From assembly GCA_038087875.1 (NCBI GenBank), contig JAXLNO010001769.1:1-64000 (forward strand): a stretch of DNA of 64,000 nucleotides, in the 5' to 3' direction. Numbering within the stretch: position 1 is the stretch's first letter; the number at the start of each line of letters is the position of its first letter. The DNA comes from Malacoraja senta. Its lineage: Eukaryota. The notes below the pieces were generated by a model. The model did no database searches. It was not told where the DNA came from and saw only the letters and a program-made list of their open reading frames with translations. This document shows, piece by piece, positions 22,671 to 35,319 of the stretch. The position numbers were made by a program, and so were the translations under genes.

Positions 22671-23829
22671 TACATAGATACATAGAAAATAGGTGCAGGA
22701 GTAGGCCATTCGGCCCTTCGAGCCTGCACCGCCATTCAATATGATCATGGCTGATCATCCAACTCAGTATCCCGTACCGGCCTTCTCTCCATACCCCCTG
22801 ATCCCCTTAGCCACAAGGGCCACATCTAACTCCCTCTTAAATATAGCCAATGACCTGGCCTCAACTACCCTCTGTGGCAGAGAGTTCCAGAGATTCACCA
22901 CTCTCTGTGTGAAAAAGTTTTTCCTCATCTCGGTCTTAAAGGATTTCCCCCTTATCCTTAAGCTGTGACCCCTTGTCCTGGACTTCCCCAACATCGGGAA
23001 CAATCTTCCTGCATCTAGCCTGTCCAACCCCATACGAATTTTGTACGTTTCTATAAGATTCCCTCTCAATCTCCTAAATTCTAGCGAGTATAAGCCAAGT
23101 CTATCCAGTCTTTCTTCATATGAAAGTCCTGACATCCCAGGAATCAGTCTGGTGAACCTTCTCTGCACTCCCTCTATGGCTATAATGTCCTTCCTCAGAT
23201 TTGGAGACCAAAACTGTACGCAATACTCCAGGTGTGGTCTCACCAAGACCCTGTACAACTGCAGTAGAACCTCCCTGCTCCTATACTCAAATCCTCTTGC
23301 TATGAAGGCCAACATACCATTCGCTTTCTTCACTGCCTGCTGCACCTGCATGCCCACTTTCAATGACTGGTGTACCATGACACCCAGGTCTCGCTGCATC
23401 TCCCCATTTCCTAATCGGCCACCATTTAGATAATAGTCTGCCTTCCCGTTCTTGCCACCAAAGTGGATAACCTCACATTTATCCACATTATACTGCATCT
23501 GCCAAACATTTGCCCACTCACCCAGCCTATCCAAGTCACCTTGCAGTCTCCTAGCATCCTCCTCACAGCTAACACTGCCCCCCAGCTTAGTGTCATCCGC
23601 AAACTTGGAGATGTTGCTTTCAATTCCCTCGTCCAGATCATTAATATAAATTGTAAATAGCTGGGGTCCCAGCACTGAGCCTTGCGGTACCCCACTAGTC
23701 ACTGCCTGCCATTGTGAAAAGGACCCATTTACTCCTACTCTTTGCTTCCTGTTTGCCAGCCAGTTCTCTATCCACATCAATACTGAACCCCCAATACCGT
23801 GTGATTTAAGTTTGTATCTTAAATCACAC
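22671..23829 (-). mobile_element. CR1 LINE, 5'-truncated, uninterrupted C-terminal RT frame
   Basis: VTSGVPQGSVLGPQLFTIYINDL…ISKFADDTKLGG…RPHLEYCVQFWSP…WNSLP. Confidence 0.95.
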
Positions 23830-24189
23830 GGGAAGATGTGGCGAGTGGTGGGGTCACGTTGGAGGTGGCGAAACTGACGGAGGATCACTTGTTGTATGTG
23901 ACGGCTGGTGAGGTGAAAGGTGAGGACTAGGGGGACTCTGCCCTTGTTGTGAGTGGGGGGATGGGGAGAGAGAGCAGTGTTGCGGGGTATGGCAGAGACC
24001 CTGGTGCGAGCCTCATCTATGGTGGAGGAGGGGAACCCCCGTTCCCTGAAGAATGAGGACACTTCAGATGCCCTGGTGTGGAACGCCTCATCCTGGGAGC
24101 ATATGCGGCGTAGACGGAGGAATGTTTACACTCTATTTGGAGACACAGAACAAAGAAGTGTCTGACCCAAAACATCATCTGTCCATTCC

Positions 24190-24420
24190 AGACTGCAGGA
24201 CTACGTGCTGAGGGACTCACTGGAGCTTGTTGCAGCCAACACCAAGGCTCAGTGGAGGTCTACAGTCTAGGGTCCTTCGTGGCAATACATTGGGGGGCTG
24301 CAACTGGTGAAGACGCCCCTCAAACAAGGGAAGGGCTATTAACCCAGGAGGGCTATACGAGTGGCAAGGGTGCTTGATATAAGGGTAGTTTGTGAACACA
24401 ACCAAAAATAACCGTAATTA
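24190..24420 (+). mobile_element. Tx1-type L1 ORF2 C-terminal/3' fragment
   Basis: Peptide RLQDYVLRDSLELVAANTKAQW resembles the end of fish Tx1-like ORF2 as I recall it. Confidence 0.55.
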
Positions 24421-24904
24421 ATTCATGTGTGGACACTGAGAATGGCAGAAATGTTGTTTGCCCTGTTCTTATTTTGTATACATTTCATTATTCTGAATAA
24501 TATTTATCCTTGGTGGGGAAAACATCCCTCCAGATATTACCTGACCTGCTGAGTCCCTGCAGCCCTTTGTGTTTTGCAGTGGATAGTATATATGATGTGG
24601 ATGTGAATATTGGTGGTTTGATTAGTAGGTTTACAGATGACATGTACATTGAAGAAGGTTGTCTATGGATCCAGTGGGATACAGATTAGCTGGAGAGCTG
24701 GATGGAGCAATAGCAGAAGGAATGTAATCCAGACATGTGTGAAGTTGTGCATGTCGGGATGTCATGTTCTGGTAGGACATAAACGGTAAGAACCTGAGGG
24801 GTGTTAATATACAGAGTGTCCTTGGGTTGCAAGTTCATTGATACGTGAAAATGCCTACAAGGGTAGACAGGAAAGCAAAGAATGCACTTTGGCATATTTG
24901 TCCA

Positions 24905-25500
24905 CTTAGACAGAGAAACATATAAAATTGGTGCAGGAGTAGGCCATTTGGCCCTTCAAGCCAGCACCACCATTCAATATGGTCATGGCTGATCAACCAG
25001 AATCAGTACCCTGTTCCTGCTTTCTCCCCAATCCCTTGATTTTGTTAACCCTAAGAGCTAACTCTCTCTTGAATACATTCAGTGAATTGGTCTCCGCTGC
25101 CTTCTGTGGCAGAGAATTCCACAGATTCACAACACTCTGGGTGAAAAGGTTTTCCCCATCTCAATCCTAAATGGCCTACCCCTTATTCGTAAACTGTGAC
25201 CCCTGGTTCTGGACTCCCCCAACATTGAGAATATTTTTCCTGCATCTAGTCTGTCAAATCCGTTATTAGTATTCTATTTCTATCAGATCCCCTCTCATCC
25301 TTCTGAATTCCAGTGAATATAATCCCAGTCGATTCATTCTTTTATTATATGACAGTCCCGCCATCCCGGGAATTAACCTGGTGAACTTTGCTGCACTCCT
25401 TCAATAGCAAGAATGTCCTTCCTCAAACTAGGCGACCAAGACTGCACAAAATACTCCAGGTGCAGTCTCACCAAGGCCCTGTATAACTGAATAGACTCTG
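24905..25500 (-). mobile_element. CR1 LINE 3' fragment
   Basis: Same 3' UTR and ORF end as the other CR1 copies, more decayed. Confidence 0.88.
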
Positions 25501-25811
25501 GCATCAAGTATATGAGTTGAGAAATCAAACAAAACATTGGTTAGGCTGCACATGGAGTATTGTGTAGAGTTCTGATCGCTCCACTACTAACGTTACTGTG
25601 CGGGGATCACTGGTTGGCGTGGGCCGAAGGGCCTGTTTCTGCAATGTATCTCTAAACTAAAAAGGATGTGATGGCATCAAAAATAGTGCAGAAGGGTTTT
25701 GCCAGGTTGTTGCCTGGAATAGAGGTCTGGTGTTATGTGAAGAGATTGGATAAGCTGCATTTATTCTCACTAGAATGCAGGAGTGAAATAATGAGGGCTA
25801 TAGATTGTGTC

Positions 25812-26260
25812 GGAAGGATCTGCAGATGCTGGTTTAAACCGAAGAAAGACACAAAAAGCTGGAGTAACTCAGTGGGACAGGCAGCATCACTGGAGAGAAG
25901 GAATAGGTGATATTTCAGGTCGAGACCTTTTCGGGTTGAGTCCCTTCTTCAGGAAGGATCTACAGATGCTGGTTTACACCGAAGACAGATGTAAAAAGCT
26001 GGAGTAACTCAGTGGGACAGGCAGCATCACTGGAGAGAAGGAATGGGTGACATTTCGGGTCGACATCCTTCTTCAGGAAGGATTAACAGATGTTGGTTTA
26101 CACCGAAGACCGACATAAAATGCTGGAGTATCTCAGCAGGACAGGCAGCATCTTTGGAGGGAAGGAATGAGTGACGTTTCTAAACATCATCCATTCCTTC
26201 TCTTCATAAATACTGCCTGCCCTGCAGAGTTACTCCGTCCGGCATTTTGTGTCTATCTTT
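25812..26260 (-). repeat. Three tandem Penelope pLTR units (about 125-135 bp) plus an inverted partial unit
   Basis: gaagga…cagatgctggttta…gctggagta…cttcttcag repeated head-to-tail from about 25814, 25953 and 26077. Confidence 0.85.
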
Positions 26261-28044
26261 GGGGTATAGATAGTATAGAGAGTAACTGTCTCTTTCCCAG
26301 GGCAGTGGAGACTAGAACTGGAGGTTTAAGGTGATGGAAGAGAAATGTCAAGGGGAGATAGTAGAGGCACGATGTACAGGAAGGAACTACTGATGCTGGT
26401 TAAAACTCTCCAGTGAGTCCCTCAGCACGTACTCCTGCAGTCTGGAATGGACAGATGATGTTTTGGGTCAGACACTTCTTCAGACTGATTGTAATAGAAA
26501 GCTGAAAAAGAGATGTGGAGCTGCAGGGGAGATAGTAGAGGCAGACATAATCACAATGTCTATAAAGCATTTGGACTTTTGGTAGGAAAGTCAGGGAGGG
26601 ATAAGGGCGTAATGTAATTGTAGATAAACATCTCGGTCAGCATAGACAAGATTGGGCAAAATGGCCTGTTTATATGCTGCATGATTCAGTATATTTTAAG
26701 ATTCTTTCTGTGGTTTACATGTTGCTATCTCTATTAGCCAGTATAAGCACTGAAAATGGCTCAATCAGTCTACACCAGAGAGAACACTGCCTGAACCAAA
26801 GGAAGTGAGATATGTAACATAGGTTCTTTAGTTTTTTTTAGTTTAGATACACAGCACGGAAACAGGCCTTTCGGCCCACCGAGTCTGCACCGACCAGCAA
26901 CTAACCCGCACACTAATACTATCCTTTGCACACGAGGGACAATTTGGCACATGCATCAAGCCAATTAACCTACATTCCTGCATGTCTTTGGAGTGGGAGG
27001 AAATCGAAGATCTCAGCGAAAATCCAGGCAGGTCACGGGGAGAACGTACTAACTCCTTACAGACAGCACCCATAGTCGGGATTGAAACCGGGTCTCTGGC
27101 ACTGCAAACACTGTAAGGCAGCAACTCTACCGCTGTGCCACTGTGCCGCCCTTATTGGTAACTTTGTGTGATCTTATTTTGTTAGGATGCAAATTCTATG
27201 GGAACGCTTTCTCAAAGAGATAGATAATGATGTAGAAACAACGAACTGCAGATGCTGGTTTGTACCAAAGAGTGTCACAAAGTGCTGGAGTAACTCAACG
27301 GGTCAGAGGTGTGCTACAGCATCTCGGTAGAAAAAGGATTGGTGATGCTGGGTGAAGCTTCAGGTTGGGATCCTTCTTCAGACTGATGTATCGGGTTGGG
27401 ACCCTTCTTCAGACTAACCCTGCTTGAGACTGAAGTAGGGTCCCGACCCAAAGTGTCATCCAGCCTTTTTCTCCAGAGATGCTGCCGGTCTCGCTGAGTT
27501 ACATTAGCACTCTGTGTCTAAGGTTGATAATGAGTTGTTCAATCCTGATGTTTTGTGATGTTAATTTCTGCATGTTCACAGGGCAGACTGTGAGAGTAAA
27601 CAGTTGAAAAACTAGTCTAGCAGGAAATGTGTGGTATTTGAGTAAGTGTGAATGTGGGGCCTCTCCAGTGAGATGATTGGGGAACTCCCTGACAAAGGGG
27701 GATGTGGTGAACAAGTCACCAGGAGGTCATATCAAAGCAGAAGTTAAATGTTACATTGATATTTTTAGTCTGCTCTTGATGTACTGGCATGGTGCAATCC
27801 GATTTGGACAACTTACTGTATATTGCAGCTCAAGATGATATAGATATATAGCATTGGAACAGGCTCTTCAGCCCACCAAGTCCACGCTGAACAGCGATCC
27901 CCATACAGTAGCAATATCCTATAGACTTGCAACAATTTATAATCTTTACCAAACCCTATTAAACTACAAACTCATCTTTGGAGTGTGGGAGGAAGCTGGA
28001 GCACCCAGGGAAAACCCACAGGTAGAATGTAAAAACTCCATACA

Positions 28045-28520
28045 GACTGATTCCCGGGATGGCAGGACTTTCATATGAGGAAAGACTGGATAGACTTGGC
28101 TTGTACTCGCTAGAATTTAGAAGATTGAGGGGGATCTTATAGAAACTTACAAAATTCTTAAGGGGTTGGACAGGCTAGATGCAGGAAGATTGTTTCCGAT
28201 GTTGGGGAAGTCCAGAACAAGGGATCACAGTTTAAGGATAAGGGGGAAGTCTTTTAGGACCGAGATGAGAAAATCATTTTTCACACAGAGAGTGGTGAAT
28301 CTGTGGAATTCTCTGCCACAGAAGGTAGTTGAGGCCAGTTCATTGGCTATATTTAAGAGGGCGTTAGATGTGGCCCTTGTGGCTAAAGGGATCAGGGGGT
28401 ATGGAGAGAAGGCAGGTACAGGATACTGAGTTGGATGATCAGCCATGATCATATTGAATGGTGGTGCAGGCTCGAAGGGCCGAATGGCCTACTCCTGCAC
28501 CTATTTTCTATGTTTCTATG
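28045..28520 (+). mobile_element. CR1 LINE 3' fragment
   Basis: DRLDAGRLFPMLGKSRTR…WNSLPQKVVEASSL, then the ctattttctatgtttctatg tail. Confidence 0.93.
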
Positions 28521-29059
28521 ACAGCACCCATGGTCACGATTGAACCTGGCGGTCTCTTGAGCTGTAAGGCAGTAACTCTACCGCTGTTCCACCGTGTCAC
28601 CCTTTTGTGGGGGATCATGCAGAAGCCTCCTCGTGGCGATCCACGGAACCGACAACACGATGCACTCTGAGATGCGTCGGGCGACCTATTCTGTCAACAT
28701 GTTGGACGACGACAGAAGCCAACAGTGAGCTACACCTCGTCTGACACACGAGCGAATGAACCCTTGTTAGACTAATCAACTGAAGGTTACGACTTATAAA
28801 TATGATGTGATGCAACTAATTGAGAGTGCAGCATAGAGAGTGCAGCACAGAAACAAGCCCTTTTACCTATTGTCCATACTAACTATTTTGGGACCTGATC
28901 TCTTTTTATCTTCCTGATATTTCCAATACCTACCCCTAGATTTTACTCTTTAACGACACACGGAGCAATAAATGGTGGCCTGTGAACCAATTAACTGCCG
29001 TGACTTCCCTTTGTGGGTGGAATATCTGAATATCATATTTCCAAATGTTGATCAGTAAG

Positions 29060-29352
29060 GGCGACATGGTGGGGCAGCGATAGAGTTGCTGCCTTAAAGT
29101 GTCAGAGCCCCGGGTCCGATCCTGACTATGGCTGCTGTCTGTACGGAGTTTGTACGTTCTCCCCATGACCAGTGGGTTTTCGCCAAGATCTTCGGTTTCC
29201 TCCCACACTCCAAAGACGTACAGGTTTGTAGGTTAATAGGCTTGATATAAATGTAAATTGTCCTTCGTGTGTAGGATAGTGTTAATGTGCGGGGATCTGT
29301 GCCGACTCGTGCTGAAGGGCCTGTTTCCACACTGTATCTCTAAACTAAACTA
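29060..29352 (+). mobile_element. HE1/V-SINE-like SINE, near full length
   Basis: tRNA-like head, V-domain, and tail gtatctctaaactaaactaaa. Confidence 0.88.
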
Positions 29353-29723
29353 AAATAATCTAAGTAAGCTTGACATTTAGAATCATGTACAGCATAGAAA
29401 CAGGCCCTTCAGCCCAGCTTATCTATGCCAGCCAAGATGCCCCATCTACCCTTGACCCACCTATCTATATTTTAGCTTAGTTTAATTTATTATTAATGTC
29501 ACGTGTACTGTTTTGCAGTGAAAATGTTTCTTGTGTGCTATCCAGTCAGTGAAAAGACTACATTACAATGAAGCCGTTCACAATCTATAGATACAGGGTA
29601 AATGATATCATGTTTAGTGCAATGTAAATCCAATTGGTGTTTTGCCGATTTCCCTCCAAACCTTTCCTATCCATAGAAATTTCTATTACTTGACAATAAT
29701 TGTATTATTTTATTTGTGTCTAG

Positions 29724-29984
29724 GGCCTCACACACTGATCTATTACTACACCCTGAACCACGGGAGTACTCATCTACCAGAATATAGTGTCGTGGGTGAA
29801 CTGGATGGTTGTGAGATACAGTATTATGACAAAAACATGGTCATTACAGTTCCAAGACAGAAATGGATGGCGGCTGCATTTGACAGGAATTACTGGGTAA
29901 CAAATACGGTCTCTGAAACTGGTTTCCATGGAATCATCAAAGGGCAAGTCGATGAATGGATGCGGAGGCAGAACGAAACAGCAA
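29724..29984 (+). CDS. MHC class I-like gene, alpha1 domain exon
   Basis: Acceptor ttgtgtctAG, donor GTtagt, 261 nt, phase 1-1. Encodes GPHTLIYYYTLNHGSTHLPEYSVVGELDGCEIQYYDKNMVITVPRQKWMAAAFDRNYWVTNTVSETGFHGIIKGQVDEWMRRQNETA, with class I alpha1 hallmarks H3, Y7, VG..DG, P..W, YW and the terminal N-x-T sequon. Confidence 0.93.
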
Positions 29985-32149
29985 GTTAGTTCATTCATTT
30001 CAATACATTTGGAGTGTGATCAATGTTCATAAAAAAACATCTCAAAGAAATTTCTCGCTGTGCCAGAGACCCAGGTTTGATCCTGACTACACGTTCTCCC
30101 TGTGAACACAGATATTTCCTCCAGGTTCTCCGGTTCCGTCCCATATCTTGAAAATGTGAGAGTTTGTAGGTTAATTGGGCTCTGTAAATTACTCTTGTGT
30201 GCTGAGAATGGGTGAGGAAAGAGGGATTACATAGATGTGTAGGAAGGAACTGAAGATGCTGGTTTACAGCAAAGATAGGCACAATGTGCTGGAGTAACTC
30301 AGCGGGACAGGCAGCATCTCTGGATACAAGGAATGGATGACTTTTCAGGTCAAGACCCTTCCTCAGACAGAGTGTTTCCCCTGACTTACTCCAGCATTTT
30401 GTGTCCATTTTGGGATAACATAGAACTAGTGTGAAAGATGATCGATGGTTGGCATGGAATTGGTGGGCAGAATGGCCCATTTCCATGCTGAGTCACTAAC
30501 CTAAGAACTGCAGATGCTGCAAATGTGAAATAAAAACCAAAAATGCCATTGTCTGATGGCTTCATTGTCAGTTTATCACCATGGAAACCTGTAATTACCT
30601 TATCAGTGATACTCCCTATGTCCAACCATGCCTCCCACTCCTGTCTGTAACTTACACATTCTCACAATTCTGAAGCATTAATTTTGTATCTCTTTCCATA
30701 GGTTCCATAGGTAACCAATATTTCAATGATTTGTAAAATGCTGTGCTTCCAGCATTTTACAAATCATTGAAATGTTGGTGGCTTTTTGAATGGTTAAAAT
30801 CCCTTGCGTACCTCACCAATTGTTTTTACTTTTATTGACAAATTTAGAATGAAAAGTTGTGTGAAATATTTAAAGGATAACCTAAATGTCATTGTGGTTC
30901 AGCTGTAGTGATGGTGCCGTAGTGCTATTGACCCAGGGTTGATCCTGGCCTCAGGTGCTGTCTGTACATAGTTTGTACGTACTCCCCGTGACCTGCGTGG
31001 GATTTCCCCGGGTTCCCCGGTTTCCTCCCACACTCCAAGCCTGTATGCCAAAGGGGATCACTGGTCACTGTGGACTCTAAGGGCTGTTTTCGTGCTATAT
31101 CTCTAAATTATCTTGGGCACCAATTGTAAAGTAAGCTGTCCAAATCCATCTGCACCACACTTGTATATCCATATAAGTTGCAATTGGACATGTTTTATAT
31201 TGTAAATCAATAAGTCCTATCACCATTACTGTGTTAATTCAATGACATTCGTAGTGTACCATTGAACAAAGCAGGACTAGGCGTGAGGGAACCATTGTGA
31301 GGTGGGGGGTGGGGGGGGGACAAAGGAGGACCTGGTGTGGGAGACTTTATAACTTTGTCGGTGCCCTTTATGTGAAGAATCTTGACATACGTTGGGTTTA
31401 CAAAACAAAGAATTTCACTGTGACTTGTCACATGTCACTATAAAGTGTCATTCATTCATGATTAATTATTTCTGAAAACATTGCTTTGTGTTACCTCTTC
31501 GGTTACACATTAAACAAATTATATTATTAATCTTTAACTGGACTAAAACAGGGTGAGGGTACAAACAGGGAACAATACGTCAAAATATTATGCACTGGGC
31601 ATAATTTCTATCAATTTTCCACATCTTGCAATATTTATTATTATTTTCAAATTATATGTGAATACATGTGAATGACGTTTATTACATTATCATCTGATTC
31701 ATTGAACCATGTTTATTGAATCATATTGCCTTCAAAAATATTTTTTTAATTTGCATTATTTATGGTGCATATATTATCTGCAACATTGTTATGTTTATGA
31801 GATTTATGAGCATATTGTCGGGGCTCAAGGGTGGGAACAAGAGGGAGAGATTGGGCAAGCCAGGGCTTTATTCCATGGAGCACAGGAGGCTGAGGGGTGA
31901 TCATATAGGGGTGCTTAAAATCATGAGGGGAATTGATAGACTGTATGCCCAGAGCCTTTTACCCAGAGAAGGGGAATCAAATAACCAGAGGACATGGGTT
32001 GAATGTGAGAGGGGGAAGATTTAATTGGAACTTGGGGGCAAACTTTGTGCTCAGAGAGTGGTCAGCATATGGAATGACCTGCCAGAGAATGGAGTTGCGG
32101 CAGGTACAATAACAATATTTAAAAGACACATGGACAGGGACATGCATAG

Positions 32150-32626
32150 GTAGATAAAAGTGCTGGAGAAACTCAGCGGTTGAGGCAGCATCTATGGAGC
32201 GAAGGAAATAGGCAACGTTTCGGGCCGAAAACCCTTCTTCAGACTGATGTGAGGGTGGGTGGGAGGGGGGGAGTGGGGCGCAGGAAGAAGAAAGGAAAAG
32301 GTGGAGCCAGTGGGCTGAGGGAGAGCTGAGTAGGGGAGGAGAAAGTAAGGACTACCTGAAATTAAAGAAGTCAATGTTCATACCGTTGGGGTGTAAACTG
32401 CCCAAGCGAAATATGAGGTGCTGCTCCTCCAATTTACGGTGGTCCTCACTCTGGCCATGGAGGAGGCCGAGGGCAGAAAGGTCGGATTTGGAATGGGAGG
32501 GGGGAGTTGAAGTGCTGATCCACCGGGAGATCAGGTTGGTTGTTGCGAACTGAGCGGAGGTGTTGGGCGAGGCGATCGCCAAGCCTGCGCTTGGTCTCAC
32601 CGATGTAGAGCAGCTGACATCTAGAG
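32150..32626 (-). mobile_element. Penelope 3' fragment with pLTR
   Basis: HSKSDLSALGLLHGQSEDHRKLEEQHLIFRLGSLHPNGMNIDF. Confidence 0.9.
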
Positions 32627-33536
32627 AGAAACGTTTTGAATGATGTCTACCCATTGCAGGGTAAATGGGACCAGCTTAAATGGGGTATCTTGATTAGCAT
32701 GGACAAGTTGGGCCAAAGGGCTTGTTTCCCTGCTGTGTGACTCTCTCTATGACTGCTTTATAGCAAAGAGCGCTGCTGTCTCACAGCTCCAGTGATCGGG
32801 TTCAATCATCTCCAGTGCAGTCTGTGTGGAGTATAAGCATTCTCCCTGTGACAATGTTTGTTCTCCAGTTTCCTCCCACATACCAAAATGTGCTGAATTA
32901 GTAGATTAAGCCACCGCTGCAAATAGGTGGATTTGTGGCATTGATAGAAATGAGAAAGAACCGTTTTGGGGAAAATTAGTGTTGGAATAATTTTGTTCTC
33001 TGGGCTAGAGTGGGCTCAGGAGGCTGAAAGGCCTCTTTCTCCGTCACATGGATTTATGGGCCGTTATTTATCCTTGAATTGCCTTCTTTCTCAATTTAGT
33101 CAACAATGTAAAATTGAAGTAATTGTCTGGATTGAACTATTTAACAATTGTAGATGAAAGGAAGAGCAGAGGCTGCTTTCCTCCACACACAAAGTGCTAA
33201 GGAACTCAACGGGTCAAGCGGCATCTTTGGAGAACATGGGAAGGCAGATATTTCGGGTGAGGATCCTACTTCAGACTGAAGTTGGGACACGTTAGAACAT
33301 GCTTTGTACTCACACTTGCAGTCCAGTGTTAGTTTTCAAGGATTTTTTGTTATTCACAGCTTGTAGTTGTTACATATTCAGCAGACAGAAGATGAGCAAA
33401 CTAAAGCACCTGCAAAGCACAACTAAAAGACCGCAGAAAGAAGCTTGAAAAGAAGGCTCTTATCTAAACAAAGTACTTTCAAGAGAGAGTTAGATTTAGC
33501 TCTTAAGACGAAAGGAATCAAGGGATATGGGGGAAA

Positions 33537-35319
33537 AGATTAGTTAAAACAAATGTAGGTCCCTTGCAGTCAGAAACAGGTGAATTGATCATGTGGAACA
33601 AGGACATGGCAGACCAATTGAATAACTACATTGGTTCTGTCTTCACTAAGGAAGACTTAATTAACTGCCGGAAAGAGCAGGGGACCGGGGGTCAAATGAG
33701 ATGGAGGAATTGAGTGAAATCCAGGTTAGCCGGGAAGTGGTGTTAGGTAAATTGAATGGATTAAAGGCCGATAAATTCCCAGGGCCAGATAGAGTGCATC
33801 CCAGAGTACTTAAGGAAGTAGCCCCAAAAATAGTGGATGCATTAGTGATAATTTTTCAAAACTCTTTAGATTCTGGAGTAGTTCCTGAGGATTGGAGGGT
33901 AGCTAATGTAACCACACTTTTTGAAAAGGGAGGGAGAGAGAAGTGGGGAACCTGCTAGAGTCAGTTATTAAAGATGGGATAGCAGCACATTAGGAAAATG
34001 GTGAAATCATTGGACAAAGTCAGCATAGATTTATGAAAGGTAAATCATGTCTGACGAATCTTATAGAATTTTTCGAGGATGTAACTAGTAGAGTGGATAA
34101 GGCAGAACCAGTGGATGTGTTATATCTGGACTTTCAGAAGGCTTTCGACAAGATCCAACATAAGTGATTAGTATACAAACTTAAAGCACATGGTATTGGG
34201 GGTTCAGTATTGATGTGGATAGAGAACTTGCTGGCAGACAGGAAGCAAAGAGTAGGAGTAAACGGGTCCTTTTTAGAATGGCAGGCAGTGACTAGTGGGG
34301 TACCTCAAGGCTCAGTGCTGGGACCCCAGCTATTTACAATATATATTAATGATTTGGACGAGGGAATTGAATGCAACATCTCCAAGTTTGCGGATGACAC
34401 GAAGCTGGGGGGCAGTGTTAGCTGTGAGGAGGGTGCTAGGAGGCTGCAAGGTGACTTGGATAGGCTAGGTGAATGGGCAAATGCATGGCAGGTGCAGTAT
34501 AATGTGGATAAATGTGTGGTTATCCACTTTGGTGGCAAAAACAGGAAAGTAGACTATTACCTGAATGGTGGCCGATTAGGAAAAGGGGAGATGCAACGAG
34601 ACCTGGGTGTCATGGTACACCAGTCATTGAAAGTAGGCATGCAGGTGCAGCAGGCAGTGAAGAAAGCGAATGGTATGTTAACATTCATAGCAAAAGGATT
34701 TGAGTATAGGAGCAGGGAGGTTCTTCTGCAGTTGTTCAGGGTCTTGGTGAGACCACACCTGGAGTATTGCCTACAGTTTTGGTCTCCTAATCTGAGGAAG
34801 GACATTGTTGGCATAGAGGGAGTACAGAGAAGGTTCACCAGACTGATTCCTGGGATGTCAGGACTTTCATATGAAGAAAGACTGGATACACTCTGCTTGT
34901 ATTCGCTAGAATTTAGAAGATTGAGGGGGGATCTTATAGAAACTTACAAAATTCTTAAGGGGTTGGACAGGCTAGATGCAGGAAGATATGTTCCCGATGT
35001 TGGGGAAGTCGAGAACAAGGGTCACAGTTTAAGGATAAAGGGAAATCTTTTAGGACTGAGATGAGAAAAACATTTTTTACACAGAGTGCTGAATCTCTGG
35101 AATTCTCTGCCACAGAATGTAGTTGAGGCCAGTTCATTGGCTATATTTAAGAGGGAGTTAGATGTGGCCCTTGTGGCTAAAGGGATCAGGGGTATGGAGA
35201 GAAGGCAGGTACAGGATACTGAGTTGGATGATCAGCCATGATCATATTGAATGGCGGTGCAGGCTCGAAGGGCCGAATGGCTTGCTCCTGCACCTATTTT
35301 CTGTGTTTCTATGTTTCTA
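33537..35319 (+). mobile_element. CR1 LINE, 5'-truncated, several frameshifts
   Basis: LKADKFPGPDRVHPRVLKE…WRVANVTTLF, GKSCLTNLIEFF, YLDFQKAFD, VPQGSVLGP, KFADDTKL. Confidence 0.95.

Larger units (their letters stand above)
21922..24123 (-). mobile_element. Penelope-like element 3' part, split by a CR1 insertion (pieces 21922-22670 and 23830-24123)
   Basis: Nearly the same peptide as 11560-12340, and continuous across the CR1 (catggggggagat|gggaagatgtggcg). Confidence 0.92.

Noticed and set aside
22764-24062. 432-aa ORF as a novel fusion gene
   Set aside because: Chance in-frame join of a Penelope fragment and the CR1 inserted into it.
28605-28815. Possible solo LTR (starts tgtggggga, CpG-rich)
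   Set aside because: No convincing CA end with a TSD was found.
30702-30710. 9-nt micro-exon (AG|gttccatag|GT)
   Set aside because: In the phase set by alpha1 it is open (adds 3 codons), but the donor gtaacc is weak and nothing else supports it.
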